From assembly GCA_031282525.1 (NCBI GenBank), contig JAITDN010000001.1:37977-101976 (forward strand): 64,000 nucleotides of DNA, in the 5' to 3' direction. This stretch comes from Candidatus Endomicrobiellum basalitermitum (GTDB lineage Bacteria > Elusimicrobiota > Endomicrobiia > Endomicrobiales > Endomicrobiaceae). The position numbers and the translations under genes were made by a program. Each line of letters starts with the position of its first letter. The first letter of the stretch is position 1. Below, piece by piece: positions 1 through 10,333 of the stretch. The notes under the pieces are model-generated. The model was not told the DNA's origin and did no database searches. It saw only the letters and a program-made list of their open reading frames with translations.

Positions 1-1159
1 AGGGTTTAATAATGCCGGGATCAACTACGACTGGCATGCCTTCGTCGTAACCTATTTTTGAAATTAATTTAACAAGGTCTTCATCCTTCATTTCGTCGGA
101 GATAGAAGTAAACCCTAATATGCAACCGAATATTGCAAGCGCAGAATGTAAAGGATTTAGGCAAGTACAAACTTTCATTTTCTCTACTTTATCTACGGTG
201 CTTTTATCGCAAAAGTAAACTCCTGCTTTTTCAAGTGCTGGACGTCCATTTGGAAAAATATCCTCAATGACAAGATACTGTGTTTCTTCCGTGTTAACAA
301 ATGGAGCAACAAAAGAATTTTTAGATGTTTTTATAATTTGAGTGCTAGTAAAACCTATTTTATCAAGTCGTTGCTTTACTTTTTGAGAAGGGTATGGCGT
401 GATTTTATCAATCATACTCCATGGGAAAGAAACTTTTTTGTCATCTGAAAGATAGTCAATAAATTCTTGATCTAAATGTTTACGCGATTTCCATTCATTT
501 GCAACTGTTATCACTGCGGCTCTTAATTTGTCTCCGTTATGAGAAAAATTATCGGTACTTACGAGCGCTATCGGAGTTTTATTGCTTTTATAGCGTTCGT
601 ATAGTAAAGCTGTTAATTTTGTCATAGCACTTGTAGGTTTAACGATTCCTTCATCAAATTCTTTTAATATATCTGTCTTAAATGAGCCATCAATTGTTTT
701 GAGATCATAGCCTTTTTCTGTAATTGATAATGTTACTATTTGCAAAGAAGGTGCGGTAAATATGACTTTGAGTCGTTCCCATGCAACTTTATTTGTACTG
801 TCAGCCGCTATACTCTCAGTAATGCTTGAAATTATATGGAGTTTTATGTCCCCATCCGCGCACATAGTAACCTGTAAACTAAGATTATCATAAGGCTTGT
901 ATGCTTTTTCAATGATTTCATAATCAAAAGGTTCAACTACAATTACTCCCTTGTTGGACAATTTTTGTTCAATGAGTCTTTGTGCGATAACACAGTGAAA
1001 GCCTTTAAAGAGATTACCTGCTCCAAAATGAATCCACGTGGGGGCGTCAAAAGTTCTTTTATAAAGCTCTAAATCGTCAATATCTGCGACATGAATATTG
1101 CTTCTTTCAAAGTCTATTTTATTTTCTCTGACATATTTCTTGTTTTTTAGTTCTAACAT
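1..1159 (-). CDS. uxuB: mannitol-dehydrogenase-family oxidoreductase, probably D-mannonate oxidoreductase/fructuronate reductase (3' end outside window)
   Basis: Not in ORF track. Manual translation from ATG at 1159 (RBS-like AAGGTG upstream) gives MLELKNKK...APTWIHFGAGNLFKGFH...IVTLSITEKGY, the HxGxGN and TEKGY motifs of the family. Overlaps the uxuA stop; last gene of the hexuronate operon. Confidence 0.8.
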   Translation of the reverse strand, partial: MLELKNKKYVRENKIDFERSNIHVADIDDLELYKRTFDAPTWIHFGAGNLFKGFHCVIAQRLIEQKLSNKGVIVVEPFDYEIIEKAYKPYDNLSLQVTMCADGDIKLHIISSITESIAADSTNKVAWERLKVIFTAPSLQIVTLSITEKGYDLKTIDGSFKTDILKEFDEGIVKPTSAMTKLTALLYERYKSNKTPIALVSTDNFSHNGDKLRAAVITVANEWKSRKHLDQEFIDYLSDDKKVSFPWSMIDKITPYPSQKVKQRLDKIGFTSTQIIKTSKNSFVAPFVNTEETQYLVIEDIFPNGRPALEKAGVYFCDKSTVDKVEKMKVCTCLNPLHSALAIFGCILGFTSISDEMKDEDLVKLISKIGYDEGMPVVVDPGIIKP

Positions 1160-2256
1160 AAAGAACACCTTTGATTATTTTTATTTTGTTTATCTAAAGT
1201 ATCCAAAATACCGAGAATATACATAATACCTAAAGCTCTATCATAAAGACCATAACCGGGGCGCAATCCAGGACGAGATTCTTCGTTCCAAATATGTCTT
1301 CCATGATCTGGACGAGCATAGTATTTAAATCCTAATTTGTGAAATGTGCAGACAATTTTTACAATATCTAAAGAACCATCACAAGAACGATGTGAACTTT
1401 CTATAAAATCGCCGTTTTCAAAACACTTTACGTTTCTAATATGGGCAAAAAATATCTTATTGTGATAAGTTTTTATCAGATCAATAATATCGTTTTTACT
1501 TGATGAACCTAGTGAACCGGTGCATAAAGTGAGACCGTTTGATGGACTACTGACGAGATTCAAGTATCTTTGAATGTTTTCTTTGGAAATTATAAGCCTT
1601 GGAAGACCGAAGATGCTCCACGGTGGATCATCGGGGTGAATAGCCATTTTTATGTCATTTTCTTCTGCGACTGGAATAATTTCTTTTAAAAAATATTTTG
1701 CATTTTCAAAAAGATTTTCTATAGTAAATCCTTCATAAGCTTTAAATAATTCTCTTATTTTTGAGAGTCGTTCCGGTTCCCAGCCTGGCATTGACAATAA
1801 TCCTTTTTGTTTTGATACATTGTCTAAAAATTCATAAGGATTGAGACTGTCAATTTTTGCTTTTTCATAAAAAAGTGCTGTTGAACCATCAGAAAGAGTT
1901 TTATACAAGTCTGTTCTTGTCCAATCAAAGACAGGCATAAAGTTATAACATACAACTTTTACACCAGCCTTACCTAAATTGCGTAGAGTATTTTTGTAAT
2001 TTTCAATATATCTACTACGTGATGGAAGTCCTAGTTTTATATCTTCATGTACGTTTAGACTTTCAACTACTTCATTGTTAAAACCTGCTTTAGAAAGACA
2101 AATTTTGACTTGATTTATTTTATCCATTTCCCAATAATCACCTGCCGGTACATCATGGAGTGACCATACTATTCCCTTAACTCCAGGTATTTGTTTGACG
2201 AAATTTAAAGGAATTGTGTCAAGCTTTTCTCCATACCATCTAAACGTAATTTGCAT
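1153..2256 (-). CDS. uxuA: mannonate dehydratase
   Basis: MQITFRWYG, VESLNVHEDIK, CYNFMPVFDWTRT, HPDDPPW, RPDHGR, PGYGLYDRALG. Start set at ATG 2256, which has GGAGG upstream. Confidence 0.95.
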   Translation of the reverse strand: MQITFRWYGEKLDTIPLNFVKQIPGVKGIVWSLHDVPAGDYWEMDKINQVKICLSKAGFNNEVVESLNVHEDIKLGLPSRSRYIENYKNTLRNLGKAGVKVVCYNFMPVFDWTRTDLYKTLSDGSTALFYEKAKIDSLNPYEFLDNVSKQKGLLSMPGWEPERLSKIRELFKAYEGFTIENLFENAKYFLKEIIPVAEENDIKMAIHPDDPPWSIFGLPRLIISKENIQRYLNLVSSPSNGLTLCTGSLGSSSKNDIIDLIKTYHNKIFFAHIRNVKCFENGDFIESSHRSCDGSLDIVKIVCTFHKLGFKYYARPDHGRHIWNEESRPGLRPGYGLYDRALGIMYILGILDTLDKQNKNNQRCSLC

Positions 2257-2379
2257 ATGGGAATTCCTCCTAAAGTTAATAAAATAAACTAAGATTGCTA
2301 ACTGCACTTGAGCTAAACTATGAACTATGCATAATATCAGATTGTCTTTTAAATCTTTAATCCTATAGTGAATTTCTAG

Positions 2380-3405
2380 TTATCTTTGGACTCGTCCAGA
2401 GGCATCTCCGCTTACCAGTTTCAATACTTCACCTACTGATACTTGATTATAATCCCCCTCTATACTATGTTTTAAACAACTTGCAGCAACAGCAAATTCT
2501 AATGCGTCCCTAGATGAAAAATTGTTGATAAGAGAATAAATTAGTCCAGCACCAAAAGAATCTCCTCCACCTACTCTGTCAACTATATGTATTAAATATT
2601 CTTTGCTAAAATAGAATTCTTTTCCATCATAAAGCATAGCGGCCCAACGATTATCATTTGCCGAAATTGAGCTTCGTAAAGTTATAGCAACTTTTGAAAA
2701 ATTAAATCTATCCGTTACTATTTTAGCAACTTCTTTGTAATCTTCGTGGTTAACTTTGCCTGACGCTATATCGCTGTGCTTTGCTTTAATTCCGAATACA
2801 TCATCTATATCTTCTTCGTTTGCTATGCAAATATCAACGAATTTACAAATCTCCCCCATAACTGTTCCAGCTTTTTCTTTAGACCATAGTTTTTTTCTGA
2901 AATTTAAATCGCAACTTATAGTGATTCCCTTTTCTTTCGCAATTTTACAAGCTTGAAGGCAAATTTTTGCTGTTTTATCGCTTAGTCCTGGAGTTATTCC
3001 TGTGAAATGAAACCATTGTGTTTTTTCAAAAATTTTATTCCAGTCAAAGTCTGTTTCTTCTGCTTCAGCTATGGCAGAATATTTTCTATCGTATAGTACT
3101 TTTGAGGGTCTTTGACTCGCACCTTTTTCAAGAAAATATATTCCTACTCTTTCACCACCCCTCGCAATAAATGAAGTGTCAACACCACGCTCTCTTAAAG
3201 AATTTACTCCAGCCTGTCCTATTTCATGTTCGGGTATTTTACTGATAAAACGTGCATCTAGTCCAAAGTTTGCCAGTGATACTGAAACGTTTGCTTCGCC
3301 TCCGCCGTATGTCGCTCCATAATTTTTTGCTTGCAAAAAGCGATAGTACCCATCAGGGGCAAGTCTTAACATCAGTTCTCCGAAAGTTACAACTCTCTTT
3401 GGCAT
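2380..3405 (-). CDS. kdgK: 2-keto-3-deoxygluconate kinase (PfkB family)
   Basis: VVTFGELMLRL, GGGEANV, DRVGGGDSF; GGAGG RBS; operon context. Confidence 0.93.
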   Translation of the reverse strand: MPKRVVTFGELMLRLAPDGYYRFLQAKNYGATYGGGEANVSVSLANFGLDARFISKIPEHEIGQAGVNSLRERGVDTSFIARGGERVGIYFLEKGASQRPSKVLYDRKYSAIAEAEETDFDWNKIFEKTQWFHFTGITPGLSDKTAKICLQACKIAKEKGITISCDLNFRKKLWSKEKAGTVMGEICKFVDICIANEEDIDDVFGIKAKHSDIASGKVNHEDYKEVAKIVTDRFNFSKVAITLRSSISANDNRWAAMLYDGKEFYFSKEYLIHIVDRVGGGDSFGAGLIYSLINNFSSRDALEFAVAASCLKHSIEGDYNQVSVGEVLKLVSGDASGRVQR

Positions 3406-3511
3406 AGTGACATCCTCCTCTTTACTTCATTATTTAAATGAAACTTTGAAAAATCCATATGTTTTCCTCAATCTCTGTTTAAGTGGTAAAAAATTAATTT
3501 AATCTGAGAAT

Positions 3512-4918
3512 TTATAAATCTGTTATAGGTTTAAATTTAGGAACAAGCAATTTCATTATACACCATGCCAGAACATAAGCAAGAGAACAAAAAGTAAACA
3601 TTATAGTATATCCTGTTTCGGTGTGTCCGAGTGATTTGTAATAGTCAAATAACCAGCCAGCAGTTTTTGAAGTGACAAGACCACCAAAACCGCCTGCCAT
3701 ACCGCCGATTCCAGTAACGGAAGCCACAACCTTTTTTGGGAACATATCGGATACCGTGGTAAATATATTTGCCGACCATGCCTGATGTGCAGATGCCCCG
3801 ATTCCTATTAGGACGATAGAATACCAATAGCTTATTGAACCTAAGGGTTGTGCTAGAAGGATTACGATAGGGAAAAGTGCTATGACAATCATGGCTGTCA
3901 TACGTGCGGAATAAATATTCATGCCTTTGTTAATGAAATAAGTAGGGAACCATCCTCCACTTATGCTACCTACCATAGTCATGCTATATAAGACTCCCAA
4001 AGGTAGCATTACTTCTGTTCCCGTTATGTTATATTTTGTTTTGAGGTAAGCTGGTAACCAGAATAGAAAAAACCACCAGACCCCGTCAGTCAAAAATTTG
4101 CCTATGGCAAAAGACCATGTTTGTTTATAGCTAAGAAGACGAAACCATTTGATTTTACCTTCACTACCTTCTTCGTTATTTTTCTTTTCGAGAGTTTGTT
4201 CTTCTTCATCGCTTAATATATATGCGTATTCAATTTTACCTATTCTTCCTTTTTCTAAGAAATTTTTGGGATTATCATAATAACGTTTCCAAAATATCAA
4301 CCATAAAAATCCTGCAGCGCCTACTATAACAAATGCACTTTCCCAACCAAAATATCTTGCCATCCATGGTACGCTAAGAGGAGCAGCAATCGCTCCTATG
4401 TTAGATCCAGAATTAAAGATACCAGTTGCGAAAGAACGCTCTTTTTTTGGAAACCACTCTGCTGTAGTCTTAATAGCTGCTGGGAAATTTCCTGCTTCAC
4501 CTACGCCTAACACAAACCGCGCGAATATGAAGCCTATTACAGATACTGGTATTAGAATGCCAAATTTAGCAAGTAAAGGTGAAACCGTACTCCCTATCTG
4601 AATGGCGAAAGCGTGTATTATAGCGCCTAATGACCATAACACCAGTGACCATACATATCCTTTTTTGGTACCTAACCAATCTATAAATCTTCCTGCAAAA
4701 AGTAGTGCTATTGCATAAGAAATCTGAAATACCGAAGTGATATTAGCATAATCGCTATTAGTCCATTGAAATTGTTCAGATAGGTATGGTTGTAACAGAC
4801 TTAATACTTGTCTATCCAAATAATTTATAGTAGTGGCAAAGAAAAGCAATGCGCATATAGTCCACCTGTAACTACCCATTTTTTCGTTAGCTTTTGGAAT
4901 AGCTTCATTACGTACCAT
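3512..4918 (-). CDS. exuT: MFS hexuronate transporter
   Basis: YRWTICALLFFATTINYLDRQ, GEAGNFPAAIKTTAEWFPKKERSFATGIFNSGSNIGA, HQAWSANIFT; many TM segments. Confidence 0.9.
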   Translation of the reverse strand: MVRNEAIPKANEKMGSYRWTICALLFFATTINYLDRQVLSLLQPYLSEQFQWTNSDYANITSVFQISYAIALLFAGRFIDWLGTKKGYVWSLVLWSLGAIIHAFAIQIGSTVSPLLAKFGILIPVSVIGFIFARFVLGVGEAGNFPAAIKTTAEWFPKKERSFATGIFNSGSNIGAIAAPLSVPWMARYFGWESAFVIVGAAGFLWLIFWKRYYDNPKNFLEKGRIGKIEYAYILSDEEEQTLEKKNNEEGSEGKIKWFRLLSYKQTWSFAIGKFLTDGVWWFFLFWLPAYLKTKYNITGTEVMLPLGVLYSMTMVGSISGGWFPTYFINKGMNIYSARMTAMIVIALFPIVILLAQPLGSISYWYSIVLIGIGASAHQAWSANIFTTVSDMFPKKVVASVTGIGGMAGGFGGLVTSKTAGWLFDYYKSLGHTETGYTIMFTFCSLAYVLAWCIMKLLVPKFKPITDL

Positions 4919-4953
4919 ATATATAAGACCTCCCTATTTCAAAAATCCCCACG

Positions 4954-6360
4954 TTAAATATCAAATTTAAAATAACGAACGGCGTTATCGTAAGATATGT
5001 CTTCAATTACTCTGGATAGTATCTTTATATCGTATGGGTATTCCCCATCTTCAACCCATCTGCCTATTAAATTGCATAGGATACGTCTGAAATATTCGTG
5101 TCTTGTATAAGATAAGAAACTGCGTGAATCGGTGAGCATACCAACAAAATTGCTTAAAATTCCCAAGTTTGCAAGGGAAGTGAGTTGGTCTATCATACCG
5201 ACTTTATGATCGTTGAACCACCAGGCTGATCCTTGCTGTATCTTACTTAATATTGGAGCAATTTGAAAGCATCCTAATATTGTCCCTATGGTAGCGTTAT
5301 CGTTTGGGTTTAAACTAAATATTATTGTTTTGGGAAGTTGTTCGGTGGAATTAAGAGCATTAAGAAAGTCTGCGATCTGAGTGCTGGGAGCAAAATTGTT
5401 TATGCAGTCATATCCCATGTCTGCCCCAAATTTGTCAAATACTAATGTGTTGTTATTGCGTTTACAACCGTAATGTAGTTCCATAACAAGGTCATTCTTG
5501 TAATATTCTTGTCCGGCAAATATCATAAAGGTGGTTTTATATTTTGACTCTTCTTCTTTGGTAAGCGTACTTCCTTTTAATTTTTTCTCAAATATAGTTT
5601 CTACTTCTTTTTCAGAAGCTGGAACATATGTAATATATTCTATAGCGTGATCTGTTGCACGGCAGCCCAAAGATATAAAAAATTCAAGTCTTTTTTTAAA
5701 AGCTTTTTTTAAGTCTGCAAAGGAGGTTATATTAATATCGCTTGCTTTTGAAAGTTGTTTTATATAGTCTATGAAGATAGGTTGTTCTATGTTTAGCGCT
5801 TTATCAGGTCGCCAAGCTGGAATAATTTGTACGTCAAAAGATTTATCTTCTTTAATTTTTTGATGCCATTCAAGAGTATCTATAGGATCGTCAGTAGTGC
5901 ATATTACTTTAACTCCTGATTGTTTTATTATTCCACGAGTAGACATAGACTTTTCCATTAATTTTTTGTTGCATAGTTCCCATACTTCTTGTGCGGTTTC
6001 GCTGTTTAAGACACCTTCATAATCAAAATATCTTCTAAGTTCAAGATGACTCCAATGATAAAGAGGATTTCCGATTGCTCTTTCAAGGGTTTCTGCCCAT
6101 TTTTGAAATTTTTCTCTAGCTGGTGCATTGCCTGTAATGTATTTTTCCTCTATCCCATTAGAGCGCATCTGACGCCACTTATAATGGTCACCATCTAACC
6201 ATATTTGGTTTATGTTTTCAAATTGCATGTCTTGAGCTATTTCTTTAGGATTAAGGTGACAGTGGTAATCTACTATAGGCTTTTTTGATGCATACTTGTG
6301 AAAGAGTTCCTTTGACGTTTCTGTGAGAAGTAAAAAATCTTTGTCAAGAAAGTTTTTCAT
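4954..6360 (-). CDS. uxaC: uronate isomerase
   Basis: DYHCHL, WLDGDHYKWRQMRSNG, GNPLYHWSHLEL, WWFNDH, GMLTDSRSFLSYTRHEYFRR. Confidence 0.97.
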   Translation of the reverse strand: MKNFLDKDFLLLTETSKELFHKYASKKPIVDYHCHLNPKEIAQDMQFENINQIWLDGDHYKWRQMRSNGIEEKYITGNAPAREKFQKWAETLERAIGNPLYHWSHLELRRYFDYEGVLNSETAQEVWELCNKKLMEKSMSTRGIIKQSGVKVICTTDDPIDTLEWHQKIKEDKSFDVQIIPAWRPDKALNIEQPIFIDYIKQLSKASDINITSFADLKKAFKKRLEFFISLGCRATDHAIEYITYVPASEKEVETIFEKKLKGSTLTKEEESKYKTTFMIFAGQEYYKNDLVMELHYGCKRNNNTLVFDKFGADMGYDCINNFAPSTQIADFLNALNSTEQLPKTIIFSLNPNDNATIGTILGCFQIAPILSKIQQGSAWWFNDHKVGMIDQLTSLANLGILSNFVGMLTDSRSFLSYTRHEYFRRILCNLIGRWVEDGEYPYDIKILSRVIEDISYDNAVRYFKFDI

Positions 6361-6439
6361 AATTTTTCTCCGTTAATTAAGTTATAAACATATTGAACAA
6401 ATGATAACGTAATAACAGCAATATCGCAAGTAATTCACC

Positions 6440-7408
6440 TTAATTATTCTTTTGCAATAGGTGTACGGCGAAACCATTTATCTCATTTTCTAAATATATA
6501 AACTTCAGATTATTGTTTGCGTCGTATTTGGCAGTTTTATGGTTAAATCCAATTCCTATTTTTGTTAAATGATACACGGCCCTTTCAACACTATTAGTGG
6601 CTATTGCAAGATGTCCATTTGTACCGTGACAAGGTGGTTTCATAATTTCTAGACGTTCACTTGCAAAGACGGAAGAAGAAGCTTCTCTTTTTGTAAAACC
6701 AAAAATATTTGCAAATAAATCAGCTGTTTCATTTACTTGCGACTCATCTTTTGAGTTGATGCATGTGTGAACCAGTTCAAAATCTAAAATTGCTGATATA
6801 ACTTCTTTTGAGAGTTTTGTTATATTTACAAAATCCTCTTTAATAATCAGTTCTTTGCTTGTTAGCCAACTCCCTCCACAAGCGATTACTTTTTTGAAGT
6901 TTAAATACGAACTTATGTTTTTTAGATTAATGCCACCTGTTGGCATAAAGTTTATGTTGGGATATGGAGCTGATAACGATTTTAGCATATTTATTCCACC
7001 TATGTTTTCAGCCGGGAAAAACTTTACGGTGTCAAGACCTAGTTCTAAAGCTACTTCTATGTCACTTGCGGTCGAGCATCCAGGGATTATAGTTATGTTC
7101 TTCTCAATACAATATTTTACTATTTTAGGATTTAGTCCGGGACTTACTATAAATTTTGCTCCTGCATAAATTGCTTCGTCAACTTGTTGTATTGTTAAGA
7201 CTGTTCCAGCTCCGACTAACATTTGAGGGAGTTCTTGAGAAATAGCTTTGATGGACTCTTTTGCTGCCTTTGTTCTAAAGGTTATTTCGGCACAGTTAAT
7301 GCCACCTATCTCAAGCGCTTTTGCAAGCGGTACGGCATGGTTTATGTTATCTAAAGTGATAACAGGAACAATCCCAATCTTCGCAATTTCTTTTAATAAT
7401 CCATTCAT
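6440..7408 (-). CDS. eda: KDPG/KHG aldolase with ~110-aa C-terminal extension
   Basis: EITFRT, VGAGTV, VKFFPAE, FMPTGGI, ACGGSW. Start at ATG 7408 with AAGGAG RBS. Confidence 0.9.
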   Translation of the reverse strand: MNGLLKEIAKIGIVPVITLDNINHAVPLAKALEIGGINCAEITFRTKAAKESIKAISQELPQMLVGAGTVLTIQQVDEAIYAGAKFIVSPGLNPKIVKYCIEKNITIIPGCSTASDIEVALELGLDTVKFFPAENIGGINMLKSLSAPYPNINFMPTGGINLKNISSYLNFKKVIACGGSWLTSKELIIKEDFVNITKLSKEVISAILDFELVHTCINSKDESQVNETADLFANIFGFTKREASSSVFASERLEIMKPPCHGTNGHLAIATNSVERAVYHLTKIGIGFNHKTAKYDANNNLKFIYLENEINGFAVHLLQKNN

Positions 7409-7518
7409 TGTCTTCTCCTTCTTCATTTTATATTGGATACGCCTTTTAATTCTCAAATTTTGAATTTAAAGAGTGAGGGTGCAAGTCGTTCTATCATAAA
7501 TATTGCATAAGTATGAAA

Positions 7519-9651
7519 TTAAAAACCTTCTTCCATTTCTGTGTTTAAATCTTTTTTTTCAATATTTAATAAGGTGGCTTTATCACTGTGTTTTTTGGGA
7601 GCGGTCCCATATATAAATGCATCCAAAAGTGCATCGGGGTGCCTGTTTGATGCGAGGAGCCCTGTCTTTTGGTCAACTAATGCCCATTCAATGTTTTCCG
7701 GTTCTGAAAAATTTACTATTGGTTCTCCTTCGAGAGCTTTTTTCATAAATTGCGTCCATATTGGACATGCAATTACTCCTCCAGTTGCTTTTTCGCCGAG
7801 AGATATTGAACTATCATCATAACCTACCCATACTCCAGCGACTAATTGCGGTGTATATCCTATAAACCATGCATCACTTGAATTGTTCGTCGTCCCAGTT
7901 TTTCCAGCGCAGGGTCTTCCTAAATTTTTTGCGTTCCAGGCGCTTCCTTTTTCAACAGCAGATTTTAACATGTTGGTTATAATAAAACAATTTTGAGCAG
8001 AGAGGACTTCTTTTTGCTGAGGAATATTTTGTTCTAAAATTTTTCCGTTTCTATCAGTTATTTTTGTAATAATATAAGGAGTTGTCTTAATGCCACCTGA
8101 AGCGAAAGTTGCAAACGCCGAAACCATTTCTTGTAAAGTGACTTCACTTGATCCTAAAGCGAGTGATAAAGAATTTGCAAGTGGTGTTGTTATGCCTAGA
8201 TTCCTTGCGGTTTGTATAACTTTTGTTGGAGTTATTTTTATAATTGTTTCAACAGCGCAGGTGTTTATGGATAAAGCGAGAGCTGTTTTCAGAGTTACGG
8301 GTCCTCTATATTTTTTACCATAATTTGTAGGTGCCCAAATTTTGCTTGTGTCAATTAAGTCTTTTTCGGATATGGTTTCTGCTATATTTTCAAGTGTTAT
8401 TGAATCTCTTGATACCAAATCCCATGAATTTCCCTTATTAATAAAGACCATTGGTTTGTCGTCAAGCATGGTTGCGGGTGTAAACCCTGCTTCAATTGCT
8501 GCTGTATATATAAACGGCTTAAAAGAGGAACCTGGTTGACGTTTTGCTTGAGTTACTCTGTTGAACTGCGATTCTTTGAAGTTACGACCACATACTATTG
8601 CTCTTATTGCTCCATTTTTAGGATCTATGGCTACTAGGGCTCCTTGTACTTTTTGGAATTTTTGATTTGTTTTTTCAAAGGTGTTTCGTTTGTTTTCATC
8701 AAATTTTGTAAGTACTTCTTCAACTGCTTTTTCAGCTGCTCTCTGAGAATTTATGTCAAGCGTTGTATAAATTGAAAGCCCCCCTTTAAATAAAGCATCG
8801 CCGTACTTTGGTTCAACTATTGCTCTTAATAGTTCTAGAAAATACTGAAGCGAATCTTTCTTTGAAGCATTTTCTTTTGAGGGTAATGTAGTTGAGTATG
8901 CTTTCTGTTCTTGCTTTTTTGTAATATAATTCAGTTTTCTCATCTTTAATAAAACGAGATTTCTTCTTGCAAGAGCTGCTTTTTTATTTTTAAAAGGATT
9001 ATAATAGTTTGGAGATTTTGGAATTGCAGCGAGCATTGCACATTCTGCAAGACTTAAATCTTTTACATTTTTGTTAAAATACTTTTCTGCTGCAGTTTGA
9101 ACTCCGTAAGCACCGTTGCCAAAATATATTTGGTTCATATAAAATTGTAAGATTTCATATTTTGAATAGTTTTTTTCAAGCTGAATTGTCAATAATACTT
9201 CTTTAATTTTTCTAATTAATGTTTTATCGCTGGTTAAGAATATGGTTTTTGCAAGCTGCTGTGTTATTGTGGACCCTCCTTCTACGACTTTGCCTTTTAA
9301 CAATATCTTTAAAAAGGCGCGTGTAACTCCTTTTATTGATATTCCCCAATGTTTAAAAAAGTCATTATCTTCGATAGCTATAAAAGCGTTTTGAAGATTA
9401 ATCGGCATCTCTTTTATTGACGTGAAAACTCGTCTTTCAGTAAAGAATTCTGCTATTAAAGTGCTGTCTTTATCGTAAACTTTAGTTGATAATCTAGGAA
9501 TATAGTTACCGAATTGTTGTATGGATGGTAAGTTGTCTATTAAATTTGCTACGGCTTTGCCTGCTACGATTATGAGTGTAAATAGCAGAACGATGATTAT
9601 AAAAATGGAAAAATTTAAAAAAGAACTTTTTTTCAGTTTTCTTCTTTTCAT
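7519..9651 (-). CDS. penicillin-binding protein 1A family (transglycosylase/transpeptidase)
   Basis: N-terminal TM; EDNDFFKHWG and GGSTITQQL (transglycosylase); RQPGSSFK (SxxK), SIN (SxN), KTGT (transpeptidase). Confidence 0.93.
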   Translation of the reverse strand: MKRRKLKKSSFLNFSIFIIIVLLFTLIIVAGKAVANLIDNLPSIQQFGNYIPRLSTKVYDKDSTLIAEFFTERRVFTSIKEMPINLQNAFIAIEDNDFFKHWGISIKGVTRAFLKILLKGKVVEGGSTITQQLAKTIFLTSDKTLIRKIKEVLLTIQLEKNYSKYEILQFYMNQIYFGNGAYGVQTAAEKYFNKNVKDLSLAECAMLAAIPKSPNYYNPFKNKKAALARRNLVLLKMRKLNYITKKQEQKAYSTTLPSKENASKKDSLQYFLELLRAIVEPKYGDALFKGGLSIYTTLDINSQRAAEKAVEEVLTKFDENKRNTFEKTNQKFQKVQGALVAIDPKNGAIRAIVCGRNFKESQFNRVTQAKRQPGSSFKPFIYTAAIEAGFTPATMLDDKPMVFINKGNSWDLVSRDSITLENIAETISEKDLIDTSKIWAPTNYGKKYRGPVTLKTALALSINTCAVETIIKITPTKVIQTARNLGITTPLANSLSLALGSSEVTLQEMVSAFATFASGGIKTTPYIITKITDRNGKILEQNIPQQKEVLSAQNCFIITNMLKSAVEKGSAWNAKNLGRPCAGKTGTTNNSSDAWFIGYTPQLVAGVWVGYDDSSISLGEKATGGVIACPIWTQFMKKALEGEPIVNFSEPENIEWALVDQKTGLLASNRHPDALLDAFIYGTAPKKHSDKATLLNIEKKDLNTEMEEGF

Positions 9652-10333
9652 GACTATTAAGAATTATATTTTAAAATGAAGTTTGTGTCAAAGGAAATAG
9701 CTTTTAGCTTTATGGTTACATTGATGAGTTCCTTTTAGCGACTCAATAATAATAGCCAAATTAATTCCTTTTATTGCTTTCTATGAGATAAAATAACAAA
9801 AGCATATGAATTAAAAGGGGGTGTTTTTTAGAATAAAAAAATTGACGATATAAAAAGAAGTCTTGTGGTAAGCAATAAAGTACCTCACAAACTTCTATAG
9901 GGGGGTAAAGATCAAATTTTACTGTAGCATAGAAATAAATATTAAGTGCTTTCAAAGTATCTAACAAAAATATATGATATGCTGAAGAAGTAGTAAAATG
10001 GACAGTAATTAAATAATAAAGTTAAAGAAGATAATAATTGATGAGAACCACAATGGATTAGTAAATGGTACTCTTGACGATGAGGCTCCAATCAGAGGAA
10101 GAAAATAAAGAAACTCTATAAAAAAGAGGTGTCAAGACATATAGAAGTAATATTGTTATCAAGAAGGAAGAGGAGAAGGTCAAGATTTCTCCTCAAAAAA
10201 AGGATGATAAAAAGAGCCACATTATAGTGGTAACCATGATTAATTACTCTGAGAAAATTTGTAGAATTATACAAAAAATAGAATAAATAAGCGGAATAGA
10301 TAATTTCTGCTCGTGAATATAAGTAGGTGAGTT

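Noticed and set aside
9676-9738. Short signal-peptide-like ORF MKFVSKEIAFSFMVTLMSSF
   Set aside because: Starts only 25 nt from the divergent PBP1A start, leaving no room for promoter or RBS.
9761-9967. 68-aa minus-strand ORF
   Set aside because: TTG start, no RBS; composition mirrors plus-strand purine-rich debris.
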